Made by a program: the position numbers and the translations under genes. Below, piece by piece: positions 16,620 to 29,439 of a DNA stretch of 64,000 nt. The DNA is taken from the NCBI RefSeq assembly GCF_009914755.1, contig NC_060946.1. One strand, 5' to 3'. Every line of letters starts with the position of its first letter. Position 1 is the stretch's first letter. Source of the DNA: the human T2T-CHM13v2.0 reference genome, Homo sapiens. Under the pieces are notes generated by a model. That model saw nothing but the letters and a program-made list of their open reading frames with translations. It made no database searches and was not told the DNA's origin.

Positions 16620-16730
16620 CTAAGTGCTCTCAGATGGACAATCTCATTTGACCCTGAAGTGGTTTTGGCATTTGCAGTGTCTGATGAGGAAACTGAGTCC
16701 CAGGGAAGTTGAACAAGTTGTCAGAGGCCA
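16620..16730 (-). mobile_element. MIR fragment
   Basis: GATGAGGAAACTGAGTCCCAGGGAAGTTGA core. Confidence 0.7.
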
Positions 16731-18619
16731 CGTACGTCTTCCACAGCAGATGCAGGATGTGAGGCGCGTTCATGGGGGTTACAGAACTTTGCTGTTTCAC
16801 ACGGGGAAGCCGCCATTCAAGGTCACGTGTCTAGTAAGTGATGACGCAGATCTCCGTTTTCTAGTAACTGTGCAACCCGATGTTTGTTGATTTAATACAA
16901 TTCGAATCATCGGGATTTTCCAAAGCTCTTTTGTTGAGGCCTAGAGTCATGACGTCACTCAGCTCCGTCCACAGGGAGCCATGCTCAGGGAGCTGCCCAG
17001 GCAAAGTGGGACTCTGCCTCCATTTTGGCCCATGGAGAACCTTCTCCTGGAGGCAGGCAAGGGTGGGATCTGGGGCCTCCCCCACCTGCAGCTGATCAAT
17101 ATCTCCTGGGCTTCCTTCCAACAGAAGAACACTTAGAACTTTTGCTGCAGCCGGGGGCCATGCCCTGGGGCTGTCCTTCCAAATTCTCATACCTGCCAAG
17201 GACCCCTGGCTGCTGCTAATTGAAGAGCACCAAAGGTTAATGGCGGAAGGTTAACAGCAGGGCCTAGTGCTTTGGGGCTGAAAGCCAAGTCTCAGATGAT
17301 GAAGGCTGGGGAGACCTTCTAGACGCTTCCTTTTATCAGCGTGGGTATTTATCAGTTCACCTACAAGTGGGGGGCAGGGGTGACTTACTTCAACCCTGTG
17401 AACTGGCTTTCCCCGACAGCCACTGCTGTAACGACGATGAAGTTGCCCTGGAACGCGCGTGCGTCCACATTCATTGCACCCCTTCCCAGTAAAGTGGATG
17501 AACAGGTGTGACTGCTGCAGGACAGATGAGGATGCTGGCTGAGAGAGGTGCAGCGGCGAGCCCAGGGCTGGACCTGAAGCCATATTCTGTGCTTATCCGT
17601 GCCTGTCTTCCCAATGCTCGGGCTAAGTCTCTGGATTCTGAATGATCGCCATTTGCCTGTACTTGGCTTTCTTGTGATTTGGGGATTCTGGGAGTTCCCA
17701 CGCCTTTGCTTCTCTGTGTGCACCTGCAGCCCAATGCCAGCAGCCACAGCAGCACCATAGAGCAGAAAGCAGAGTGCCAGCACCATGGACCAGCACCCAT
17801 GCACCCGCCCCCTGCCCACCTGGAACACTCCAGGCTCCCTGAGCCTACTCCAAGCCTCTGCTCAGCCAGTCTGTCCCTTTCTCTGCGTCTTCGCCTGTGC
17901 TGAGGGTCCCTCTGCCTGAAGTACTCTGACTGCGGCCCTGACCACCCCCAGGCTCCTCTCCATCCGTCTGCACATGCCAGGGCCTTGTCCTCCTTCAGCC
18001 CCGGTCACCTCCAGAAGCCTCAGCTAGCACAGCCCTCCCCTGCACACGGCTATCACAGCCCCGTGTGCCTGCCTCACAACATCTCCCCAAACCCCAGAGG
18101 CCTTTTCCTGGTTGTCCTGGCTTCCTTGAATGTCAGTTCTGCTGGAGCTGCCAGAGGCGGCTGGAGCCCTGACTTGTCTCCCTGTCTCGCCACTGTGCCC
18201 GGGCCCTGGAAGAGTCCCTGGTGATTCCAGGCAGGCAGTCTTTATCTCCCCAGGAACAAGGATGAAGGGATGAGCGTGGATGTGGTAGCGTGCACCTGCT
18301 TTCTGCTTTATTCCGGGACAATGGGAAGTGGATGGCAACCTCCTCATAATGGATGCCTGTGAGCCCACTGGGGGCCGGATGGAATCTCTTCCTTAGATGT
18401 GTGCCTTGGGAATGTTTGCCCCAACTCTGCATGTGTGAGACAGAGAGAAGGAGGGGTGGGTTTAAAATGAAAAATTATATATCCTACCTATTAGGTCACG
18501 AGAATATGACAAAGAAAAGTAAAGCAGACTCAGGCATAGTGACAGGAGTACTGTTTTGAATTTACTGGGAAGGTGATATTTTATCAAGGGTTCAGTTGAG
18601 GACAGGAGTGTGACATGAA

Positions 18620-18900
18620 GGTATCTTGGAGATGAAGAGTCCAGGTCAGGGGAGTGACTCATGCAAAGGCCCTGGGGTGGGAGTGTAGCAGAGAGATGGG
18701 AGCAGAGAGAGGAGGGCTGAGTGGCTGCAAGTGGCTAAAGGGGCGACAGCAAGGGGATGGATGGGAGAGGGGCTGTGGCCATGGCAAGAATGGGGACTCT
18801 ATTCTGGGTGAGGGGCAGCCATGAGGGGCCAAGCCAGTGAGGCAGGGTGGGACACACTTTGCAGGGGTTCCCCTGGCTGCCGGCTGCATGGAGAGCAGTC
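18620..18900 (-). mobile_element. L2 fragment
   Basis: CATGCAAAGGCCCTGGGGTGGGAGTG motif. Confidence 0.55.
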
Positions 18901-19809
18901 CATGAGGCACCATGTTGCTGGCCTGGCCATGGGTTGCTCTAACAGAGGCATGCCTGAGTGACTGCCCAGATATTTTACCTCTTTTGATTCGATGTGTTAA
19001 TTTATATTTTCTTACTAAACTGTTGAATCACACAGAGTCTATTAAACATGTCTCTTACATCCTTTTTACTTTCCCTTCATCTATTGTCATAACCCTCTTC
19101 TGTGACTTTTTCTCTTTTTCTGAGTTAGGCTGGAGAGTTGTTGATTAAAAAATATCAGTCTATAGATTTGCTTCATTTCAGTGTTATTGTTTTGCTATTA
19201 TCTATTTAGTTTTGCTCTGACCTGTGTTAATTTGGTTTTGTTTATGCTACACTTCTTTGTTTCTCTTTTATTAATTTGTTGAGTTGAATCTTTATTTTTT
19301 ATTTATTCCTGAAATGGAGTCATTTCTCAGAACTCTATCGACGTATTTACTTTGTCTGGTATGTGAGATTCCTTCCCACTTGCCAAGGTCAAGCAGATTT
19401 CCTCTTATTGAGCTTCTTTACAGGGTTCCTGCTGCCATTGATATGTTGCCTCTTCAACCCCATCAGTTTCCTGCCCCTGAGAATCACACTGTCCCCTCTT
19501 TGTTTTCGTGTTCTTCCTGAGGTCTTTCTTCATTGTGCCCTTTCCTCTTCATTCTGTGAAATGTTCTCGAATCTGCCTTTGATAGCATTATTTTTATTTT
19601 CTTCAGGATCAGTTCTCATCTTATTAAACTTGAATGGATATTATGTCTGTGAATTACCTTTTTTAAAAATGTCTTAATCATTAATTCATCTCAGAATATC
19701 CTTTGACCATGATAACATTTGTCTTATTTGATAGACACTGTATTTTCTTTCATATCCTAGGAGGTCAACTGCAGAGGCTGCTCACAGTTACATGCGTGTG
19801 TGCTGTCAG

Positions 19810-20180
19810 TCAGCAGCAACAGACTCAGGGCCTCCCGTGGGTTCAGGGGACACAGCAGAGAAAAGAGAGGCTGGCCCTGCTCTCCTGGAGCCCCCTTCTC
19901 AGGAAGAGACAGACGTGCATGCACAAGGGAGATGTGATTTAAGATTTAAGGTGGAAATAAATGCAACCAGGGGAGGTGGACCGTGTGACAGGGGCCTCGC
20001 TGGCTTCTGTGCTGGTCAGGGCAGACTTCCTGGAAGTGTCAGGGGTGCAGAACATGAACCACACAAAAGATCCACCCTGAAAACCAGCTGAGGAGGAGGA
20101 TTCTGGGCAAAGGGATAGATGGGTAAGCTCCCAGGCTTGTGGGAAAAAGCATAGCCAGTGTGAAAGTCTGAGAAATACAA
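19810..20180 (-). mobile_element. L2 fragment
   Basis: GGGGACACAGCAGAGAAAAG...CCCTGCTCTCCTGGAGC...GGTCAGGGCAGACTTCCTGGAAG. Confidence 0.55.
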
Positions 20181-21779
20181 GTAGGGATGATGCCAAACAA
20201 AACTAATATTCATTTAATCAGTTGAGCACAAAATTCCCTACCTGAGCAACAACACTGGGAGGTGGAAGGGGGAAAGAGGTAGGAGGCAAAAACAGGACAA
20301 TTCTCATTGTGCTTTGCATAGGAAGGGGCCAGTAAATATGATTTTATTCTTGAGATTGATCTACAAGAAGAGGGTCAACTGAGTGGCTTACTGGAGAGGT
20401 AAGCACTAGTAGAATAAAAATGAGCATAAAGAAGAGTATTTTTCATCTATCTGTCATATGGAATTCACTTAAGCTGCATCATATTTTCATGTTTTTAGTT
20501 TTCTCCTCTGTTCACTTATCCTTGAATGAGGGCCAGATCTACTGAGGCCTGCAGCTGGCTGTGAACACTGTGTGTGAATCCTCTGGGGGCCTCTCTTTGT
20601 TCAAAATATTCATAGTACTTAACATTTCAAATTCAATATTCAGGAGCCCAAGCAGAGAGGAGGGAACCAGGTCTGTGTGCCTGGGCTGCAGAGCCAGCTC
20701 TCCACCTGTTTTCCATTTGGTGTGGGTTCCCAGCATGCATGAAACATAACGTGGTGACATTCTGCCTTCTTAATGGAGTCCTGTCATTAGTCAGTGCTTT
20801 TTCAATTTCAGAGAGCGTTTTCTAACGTATGGTCCAATATGCTACTTGGAGAGAGCTGGGTCACCAGCAAACAAGCAAACATCAAAAACACTTTCCTCTT
20901 GGGTTTTCATTCAATTGAATTACATTTAGTGAATATTTACTGAGTTTCTGCTTATGTGTCTGGAAGTGACCCAATCTCAGATCTCTTTAAGTTGAAAAAG
21001 AGTCTTAGTGCTAAGCTCTTGATGGTAGGGCGGACAGCCCCGGGGGCCTGGCATCGTGAGGCACTCTGCAAGTCAAAATGGGGGAGCAGAAAAGCCAGTG
21101 GCAAAGGGAGAAGCTCTGTCTACAGCAAAGCGGAAGAACGGACAGGAGTCCTGGAGGGAAGAAAACCAAGGAGACGATTTCTCCTTCAGACAGAGGTCAT
21201 TGCCTTTATCTATGTGTGTGCCATGTCAGTCTGGCTCAGCTGCTGCAGTGCGTGGTCCCGGAAACGTGCTTTCAGAATCAAGAGGGACTGGTCATCGTGA
21301 TGAAGTATGGGTTGTGTGGGATGTCTGGGATGAGTGCGTCTAGGCACCCTGAATGCTGCTGCCTCTGGATGGTCCAGGCAGTCACTGCAAAGAACAAAAT
21401 ACTCATGACATGCTTAAGGGCTTCGATGCTAAGTGCATCACTTACATCATCCCCTTATCACATTTCTTCCTGATAATATGCCTATGAATCACATTTATTA
21501 CCGCATTCCGGGGAGGCACCTCTGGCTTGAGAGCTCTGGCGGGTCTTGGTTGTGTGGCTCTGAAGGCTGCCCCACTTTAAGACTCCAGGTCTTTCCCATG
21601 TCGATAACTCGGATTTCTTTTGTGAGCTTTTCTGTGTCTGATTCAGACTCAGCTGTCGCTTACCAGCCAGTGTCTGGCCTGGTCAGGGTTCAGGATAGCG
21701 GATCTGCACCAGGTTCCCTTTTCAGCTTTCAGTAGCCAGAACCACGTGGCTTACTGCCCCCTTTTGGGATGTGGCTGTG

Positions 21780-22568
21780 TGTCTTAGATTGTTTGGGTAG
21801 CTATAACAAAATATCACAGCCTGGGTGGCTTTTAAACAGCAGATTAATTTCTCACAGCTCTGGAAGCTGGGGAGCCAGGATCAAAGTGCTGGCAAATTTT
21901 GTGGCTGGTGAGGGCCTGCTTCCTGCTTCATAGATGACACCCTCTCACTGTGTCCTCATGTGGTGGAAGGGGGAGGGTCTCTCTCAGGCCTCTGTTATAA
22001 GGGCACAGGTATGGTTTGTATCTGTGTCCCCACCCAAATCTCACGTTCAACTGTAATTGCAATGTTGGAGGTGAAGTCTGGCGGAAGGCGATTGGATGAT
22101 GGGTGCGGTTTCTTGTGCTTTAACACTATCCTCCTTGGTGCTGTCATCGAGATAGTGAGTTCTCACAAGATCTGGTTGTTTAAAAGTATGTGGCGTCTCC
22201 TCCCCCTCTCTCTTTCTCCTGCTCCAGCCATGTGAAGTGCTGGCTCCCCTTTCAGCTTCCACCATAATTGTGTTTCCTGAGGCCTCTCCAGAAGCAGAAG
22301 CTGCTATGCTTCCTCTACAGCCTGCAGAACCATGAGCCAATTAAGCCACTTTTCTTTATAAATTACCCAGCCTCAGGTATTTCTTTACAGCAGTGTGAGA
22401 ATGGAGGAATACAGGCACTAATCCTATTCACGAAGGTGGAACTATCATGATTTAATCACCTCCGAAAGGCCTCATCTCCAAATACCATGACCTGGGCGGG
22501 GTTGGGGGTGGGGGCGGTTAGGATTAAAACAGACGAATTTTTGGGATACACAAACATTCAGACTTCCA
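21780..22568 (-). mobile_element. MLT1A/MLT1A0 solo LTR split by an MSTA insertion
   Basis: TGTCTTAG...GCTATAACAAAATATCACAG...TTATAAGGGCAC | TAATCCTATTCA...ACACAAACATTCAGAC. Confidence 0.85.
22007..22413 (+). mobile_element. MSTA-type MaLR solo LTR
   Basis: TATGGTTTG...TGTGTCCCCACCCAAATCTCA...CCTGCAGAACCATGAGCCAATTAA...AATACA; 5-bp TSD GGCAC (22002-22006, 22414-22418). Confidence 0.92.
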
Positions 22569-23625
22569 TGAAGATCCAGCCTGGAGGGAGATGTGCCTTG
22601 TTTTGGCAGAGCCCACTCTCTTTGAGCTAAGGTCTAATGTGCTCCATGAATAAACTGGAAGGATCAGCGTCTCAGACCAAGACTTGCCTTGACGCGGGGA
22701 GCCCACTCCGATGATTGAAGAAGTGGAACGATTGTGCCAACCTTCCTGGGAAATGATGCTCTAAAAACGTTTCCATGTCATCTCTTCTTCTGGGCTGCAA
22801 TGAGTAATTTGCATGTCATTCTTATCAGCTCACGCAAGGCAATCATTGCCAATCGCTGCCAAGCCCACTGGCTGGCCTAGGAGGGAGCCAGCCAGATGAG
22901 TTCTAACTGTTAATCTTCCAGAAACAAATACAACAGAATAAAATAAACCAGCTCTTGTTTCTGATCCCGGGTAATGGCTCTTTGAGGGTCCTTAGAAACT
23001 GTCTCTCCACCTTTCCTTTTCGCAGGTGAGAGTACTAGAAATCACAGACACAGCAGGATGGTCAACATTGTTGGTTCCCATGGGAGGAGAAGGAAAGTGG
23101 ATGAAAAGGTCTTAAAAATAAGTTTCTGCAGAAGGTTTCCTGGTAATAACCCTGCAGGCATGTGAAGAAAATGCCTCTTTTCCAGGCCGCCAGCTCCCTC
23201 GTGGCCTGGCTGTGTCACATGCCTGGTTTTCAGACGGAGTGATCCAGACCCTCAGTTGTCATTCAGTGACTTTTACTTGATCTTGTCGCAGGTGAAGCCT
23301 GGAACACACATGGTGCTGTCACTGGGGTCCACCCAGCCCGGAGCAGAAAAGAAATGGTCCCCTGTGGCCTCTTCCCTCTCACTCCCTCGCTCCTGTGCAT
23401 CTCAGGGACGGTAGACCGTCCTTCCGTTTGCCTCCCACTCACAGTTCCAAAAAGTACCACGTCCAGGGCTTTTGATCAGGCTGAAATCTCCTGCTCTGTG
23501 CAGGGACTAGAATCAGAAAAATGCAGGATTCAGGGCTGGTTCTGTGTGGTGTTATTCACCTCAGTTTCCTCATATGAAAAATGAAAATTGAGGTATTGCT
23601 TACACATTTCTTATTAGAACTTGAA

Positions 23626-23946
23626 GGCTGGGCATGGTGTCTCACGCCTGTAATCCCAGCATTTTGGGAGGCCAAGGCGGGCGGATCACGAGGTCAGGAG
23701 ATGAAGGCCATCCTGACTAACATGGTGAAACCCCGTCTCTACTAAAAATACAAAAAAAAAAAAAAAAATAGCTGGGCATGGTGGCAGGCACCTGTAGTCC
23801 CAGCTACCTGGGGGGCTGAGGCAGGAGAATAGCTGGAACTCTGGAGGCAGAGGTTTCAGTGAGCCGAGATCGCACCAATGCACTCTAGCCTGGGTGACAG
23901 AGCAAGACTCAATCTCAAAAAAAAAAAAAAAAAAAAAAAACACAAC
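23626..23946 (+). mobile_element. Alu (AluSc8/AluY-like) with expanded A-rich linker
   Basis: Full dimer; TSD AGAACTTGA (23616-23624, 23947-23955). Confidence 0.95.
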
Positions 23947-25719
23947 AGAACTTGATATAATGTAAATGTAAAACAACTGACTATAACATGCAGTGCCCGA
24001 TAAGTGGTATATTTAATTGTTACCACATAAAATGCTGCCATTGCAGGTGCCTCTTGTTTTAACCTTGTGCGTTGATTTTTGTTCGAATCCATTCATCCAC
24101 CCATCCATTCAATGACTGTTTTAGATGCTCACCACATTCCAGACACTGCTCACTGTTGTTTTCCAAAAACAAATGCTTCTTGCTGCCAACCGTGCATGTC
24201 TTTCCACTGCTCAAGGAGCCTGGCGCCCCTCTCTCGGTGCATTACCCAACACCACACACAGGAGAGCAAACAGCAGCCTTCATAGGCCTTCCTCAGAGGA
24301 AGCAGAGGAAGAGGAAAGGTCAGACCTGCTTTGACAGCTCTTCATTGTCTTGCCTGCACTGCCCAGCCTATTCTTAATGAAAACTAAGCATTTGTTCCCC
24401 AAATATTTACTGACTTCATTTGCGTGCCATGCCAAACGAAAGCTCTTGTTCCAAGATATTGTTTCTAAACGTGCAGCTTTTTCCTCACTAGCTGTTTCTG
24501 GGGTTATAGTCACTTGTAGTGATTGCTGGCTGTCCTGGTGTCCCCCTGCTGAGAAGCAGGAGCCATTGCTAGGTTCTAGAACCACAAGTTGGGCAAAGCG
24601 GAGGCTTCAGAGATAGAATCCCCTACTAGATTGCTTTTTCAATGTCACCCAGATCGTTACTATTTGACGTCTTTTTCCTTCCTTGGAAAACAATGCTTAT
24701 GATACCTACGTTAGGGTCAACGTAAGAAGTGAATGTGTTAACATTTGTAACTTGAAAACACAGGGTTTCTGCCAAAGAAAGAAGACTAAACAGAGGTTGA
24801 GAGTCCACTAACTCTGCTTCGAACACAGAAATGTTGGATTAAACATGTTGAATGTAAGAAATATAGGTCAGGTTGAAAATAAGGAGAATCACCGCATGCT
24901 TGAAATATAGATGTGCTTTCTAGCCAAAAAGTCAGACAGAGTCGCAGAGGCGTGGCCCTCCACTTGGTGCTGACAGGCTCATCAGGATCTGAGGTGGAGC
25001 GAGTTAAAGGAGCCATGTCGAGAGGGGCTTCCTGCATAAAGTGCTGCGTCCTTTGTGAAAAGGGCACTGTGGAGTTTACAGCTGGTGTTTCCTGTCTGTC
25101 CACTCAGAAGCAAACCATCTTCCCAAGGCCACGGGTAAAAGCAAAGCATCTCCAACAAAACAAAATCTGAGCCTGTATTGTTAGTATGTGAGAGACATGA
25201 ATTTCCTGTTGAACGTGGTGCAGAAACCCTGAGTGTGCTCATATGCACACTCACACTCACACACACATTTATCCTAGATCAGTGGAACCAATAGGGCGCC
25301 AATATAAGCAAAGCTTAAACTCTGAGTAACACATAACTTTCACTGAGAATAAAAAATACAGAATAAAAAATACAGATTCGCTTCAGAAATCCACCCAAGA
25401 AAATGAATAAACAAGGTCATCTCATGCAATTTGAAGAAGGTATTTAACATCCTTAAAAAGACAACACAAAGAGTAGATTACATTAAAAATGAAAACATGA
25501 AGATTAGTGTAGAGTTTTACTTTTGGTTATAATAAAACAAATAATGTGGACCGACATTCCTATTGCAAAACAACTAGAAAAAGAGGCAAAACTTTTGGAA
25601 CTGCATTGATGGTATCAGAGAGCTCTCGAGGCAGAGAAGCATTATGGGGCCAAGATGTGGCGGAAGAAGAAAACTCACAGAGGTGGCCCTGGCATGTGGA
25701 GTCAGCATTTGCTCCATTC

Positions 25720-25913
25720 CAGCACCATCTGATGACTTGTTCTGTGTTGATGAAGATGCTGTATGTCTTCTCTGTCCACTGAGGCAGCCACTAGCCACAC
25801 ACGGCCACTGAGCACCTAATATGTGACCACTGTGGCTGAGAATCTGAATTTTAGATATTATTTAATTTTAATTAACTCAATGTAACTAGTGGTTGCTATA
25901 TAGGATAGCACGG
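25720..25913. mobile_element. MER3-like hAT-Charlie MITE
   Basis: GCAGCCACTAGCCACA...CACTGAGCAC...CTGAATTTTAGATATTATTTAATTTTAATTAA. Confidence 0.75.
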
Positions 25914-26116
25914 CTCTAAAAGCATTTGCCAAATTTGGACAAAGCAGCTGAGAGGCTGGGAGGCTAGTAGGAGCTTTCATCTGACAATTGGAACGGGGGG
26001 ACAAAATCGCAATATTAAAGCCCAGATCTGCTCAGAATGGGGATGAAATGGATGATGTTATGAGACGCTCAGCCTCCCTTCAAGACACAATATTCTTTGT
26101 GTTGTCTATTTGAGGC

Positions 26117-26328
26117 CAGGGGTCAGCAAATGACAGCTCATGAGCCAAATACGGCTCACTGCCTATTTTTGTAGATGACGTTTTAGAGGAATGCATCCAC
26201 CTTCATCTGTTCTTTAGAGTGGATGGCTGCTCTCACACTGCACCCGCAAAGATGAAGAATTGTGACAGCCCGTAGGGGCTGCAAAGCCTTAAATATTTAC
26301 TATCTGGCCCTTTACAGAAGAAGCTTGT
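26117..26328 (+). mobile_element. MER58A-like hAT-Charlie element
   Basis: CAGGGGTCAGCAAA start and AAATATTTACTATCTGGCCCTTTACAGAA end. Confidence 0.85.
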
Positions 26329-26339
26329 CTAGGTGCTGA

Positions 26340-26700
26340 CTCCCCAGGCTTCCAGGAGTGTTGGCAGGTGACAGGTCATAGATGACTTGCTCTTAGCTGA
26401 AGGGAAGTACTTTCCCCAGGGCTACACATTCTGCCTGGGGCTGTACAGACCCATTGCCTGGTGATGCACGGTAAAGAGTTGGTCCCCTCACATAAATTGA
26501 GGACAGCAATTAAGGGCCACTGCAGCTCCAGAGCTCCCACGGGATCAGCCAAGGCTTCCGATAGAACTGCATCCCGGTTCTTTGCCCTATCCTGCCTCCT
26601 TTCCTCTCTCATAGCCTTGTTCCCAAGAACACTCCCCCAAAATCTTCAGCAAACAAATCTTTGTCTCACAGTCAGTTTCCTGAGAGCTCTGCCTAAGAAA
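26340..26700 (+). mobile_element. LTR16-like ERVL LTR
   Basis: CAGCTCCAGAGCTCCC...TCCCAAGAACACTCCC...CAAATCTTTGTCTCACAGTCAGTTTCCTG. Confidence 0.6.
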
Positions 26701-26799
26701 GGAGTTCAGCAATTCTCCTCAAAACCTTTGATTGGTGACTCAAAGGAATATATTCTAGGAGTAAGAGTAAAACAGAAAGAGAGGATCTTAAAGGGGGAT

Positions 26800-28500
26800 A
26801 ATGCCCAGGTTCAAACTGAGCTTGCCTTGACTAAAGACCCTGAGATTACTAGTGTTTCTAGTGTAGCCACTGGCCGGAAGCAAATATAATTCCTCTCTAG
26901 AAAAAGACAACATTATCTGAAACATTAAGCTCTGAACTTTTCAAATATAGTGTCCAGCATTTACTAAAAGTATCCAGGCATGTGAGACAACAATACAGCT
27001 GCAAACCCAGAAGAAACAATAGGTATTAAGAGCAAATTCCTAGGAGATTAAGGTGATACATTAGGAAATATTCCTTCAAATAAATATATTTTATATTCCC
27101 AAGGAAATAAAAGACAAGATTAAAAAGTTATGTAGAAAATTGGCAACTAATAAAAAAATTTAGAATTATAAAGCAAAGGAAACAAATCATCTAATGGAAG
27201 GATTTACATCAACATTAGACACAGCTGAATAGAAAATCAGAAAACTGGAAGACAGGCCAGAAGAAAATATTCAGGCATGTGCTTAGTGATAAAAAGACTT
27301 TAAAGATATATAAAAAATAATTAGAAGCATAGGGACTATGGTGTAAAAATTTAATATATGTGTAATTAAAGCCCTACAAGTAGAGGGAAAAGAATACGGT
27401 ATAAGACCAATATTTGAAAGCAATAGGATGAGAATTTTCCAAAAGTGACTATAAATACCAAGTCATACCAAACATGAAACCTAGGCAGAACAAATGAAAA
27501 GAAAAGCACAATCACAATATAGAAAACCTCTGCACCAGTAAGAATGGCAATTATTAAGAAGTCAAAAAAAAATAACAGATGCTGGGATGGTTGCAGAGAA
27601 AAAAAGAATGCTTATACACTATTGGTGGGAGTGTAAATTAATTCAACCATTGTGAAAGACAGTGTGGTGATTCCTCAAACACCTAAAAACAGAATTACTG
27701 TTTGACCCAGCAATCCCATTACTGGATATGTATCCAAAGGAATATAAATTGTTCTATTATAAAGAAAAATGTATACATATGTTCATTGCAGCACTGTTCA
27801 AAATAGCAAAGACATGGAAGCAACCTAAATGCTCATCAGTGGCAGACTGCATAAACAAAATGAAGTACGTATTCACCATGGAATACTAGGCAGCCATGAA
27901 AAAATAAGATTATGTCCTTTGCAGGAACATGGATGGAACTGGAGGCCATTATTCTTAGCAAAGTAACACAGGAACAGAAAACCAAAAACTACATCTTCTC
28001 ACTTATAAGTGGGAGCTAAATAATGAGAATACATGGACACATAGAGGGGAACAACACATACTGGGGCTTGTCACATTAGTGATATTTTCTCAAATTAGCT
28101 CAGTGGAGGGTGGGAGGAGGGAGAGGATCAGAAAAAATGGCTAATGGCCACTGGGCTTAACATAATACCTGGGTGACAACCCCCCATGACAAAAGTTTAC
28201 CTACATAACAAACCTGCACATGTTCCCCTGAACTTAAAAGTTAAGTTAAAAAAAAAAAAGAAAAAAAGAAAACCTCTGAAAACCAAAGACAGAAAAGCTT
28301 AAGGTTGATAAAAAGTTAAAAACAACAACTACCCAGATTTCCTTCAAAGGAGTAAGAATAAACTGACAGCTCATTTCTTAATGGAAAAATGAAAGCCTAG
28401 AGATAATGGGTGAATGATGAAAGAGTTGAAATGAGAAATTAATAGCAACAAAATAACTAGAAAATCCTCACATATGTTAAAATTAAACAGCACAACTTTA
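26800..28500 (+). mobile_element. Ancient L1M ORF1-region fragment (host of the L1PA insertion)
   Basis: ATTAGACACAGCTGAATAGAAAATCAGAAAACTGGAAGACAG; A-rich L1 sense sequence. Confidence 0.65.
27533..28266 (+). mobile_element. 5'-truncated older L1PA (about L1PA13-15) 3' end
   Basis: GACCCAGCAATCCCATTACTGG, ACTTATAAGTGGGAGCTAAA, A tail; perfect 12-bp TSD AGAAAACCTCTG (27521-27532, 28267-28278). Confidence 0.9.
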
Positions 28501-28501
28501 A

Positions 28502-28799
<298 letters not shown>

Positions 28800-28840
28800 T
28801 AAACAACTCTTTGGTCAGAAACATCAATATAAAACTTGGA

Positions 28841-29131
28841 GGCCGGGCGTGGTGGCTCACACCTGTAATCCCAGCACTTTGGGAGGCCAAGGTGGGCGGA
28901 TCACGAGGTCAGGAGATCGAGACCATCCTGGCTAATATGGTGAAACCCCGTCTCTACTAAAAATACAAAAAATTAGCCAGGCGCGGTGGCGGGTGCCTGT
29001 AGTCCCAGCTACTCGGGAGGCTGAGGCAGGAGAATGGTGTGAACCTGGGAGGCGGAGCTTGCAGTGAGCTGAGCTGAGATCACGCCACCGCACTCCAGCC
29101 TGGGTGACAAAGCGAGACTCCGTCTCAAAAA
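28841..29131 (+). mobile_element. AluY
   Basis: GAGATCGAGACCATCCTGGCTAA, GAGAATGG, GGAGCTTGCAG; 5-bp duplication GAGCTGAGCTGAG; TSD AAAACTT(G/A)GA. Confidence 0.96.
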
Positions 29132-29439
29132 AAAACTTAGAAAATATTTTGAACTGAATGTAACAAAAATAATACATAGCAGAAGCTATGAGATAAAGCT
29201 AAACTAATGCTTAAGTGCAAAATTATTTATGAAATGGAAATCTGAGAAAAGCAAAGTGTGCATTTGCCAATATAGGATGATAGAATATATTTTAGGTAAT
29301 AATTTGTTCCCTTGATTTACAGTATGTAAATATTTATATCTATGCTTTGAAAGCCCTCACCTGCACTTTAACCCAGACCTAACAATGTTCTGGATGGTCT
29401 GATTTCTTAAAAAAAAAAAAAAAAAAAAAAGGCAATTGT

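Noticed and set aside
20790-24650. Shared minus-strand 16-mer TGA(A/C)ATTGAAAAAGCA at about 20795 and 24632 suggesting a repeated IEKA protein motif
   Set aside because: A 15/16 AT-rich match is expected by chance in 64 kb and the flanks do not align
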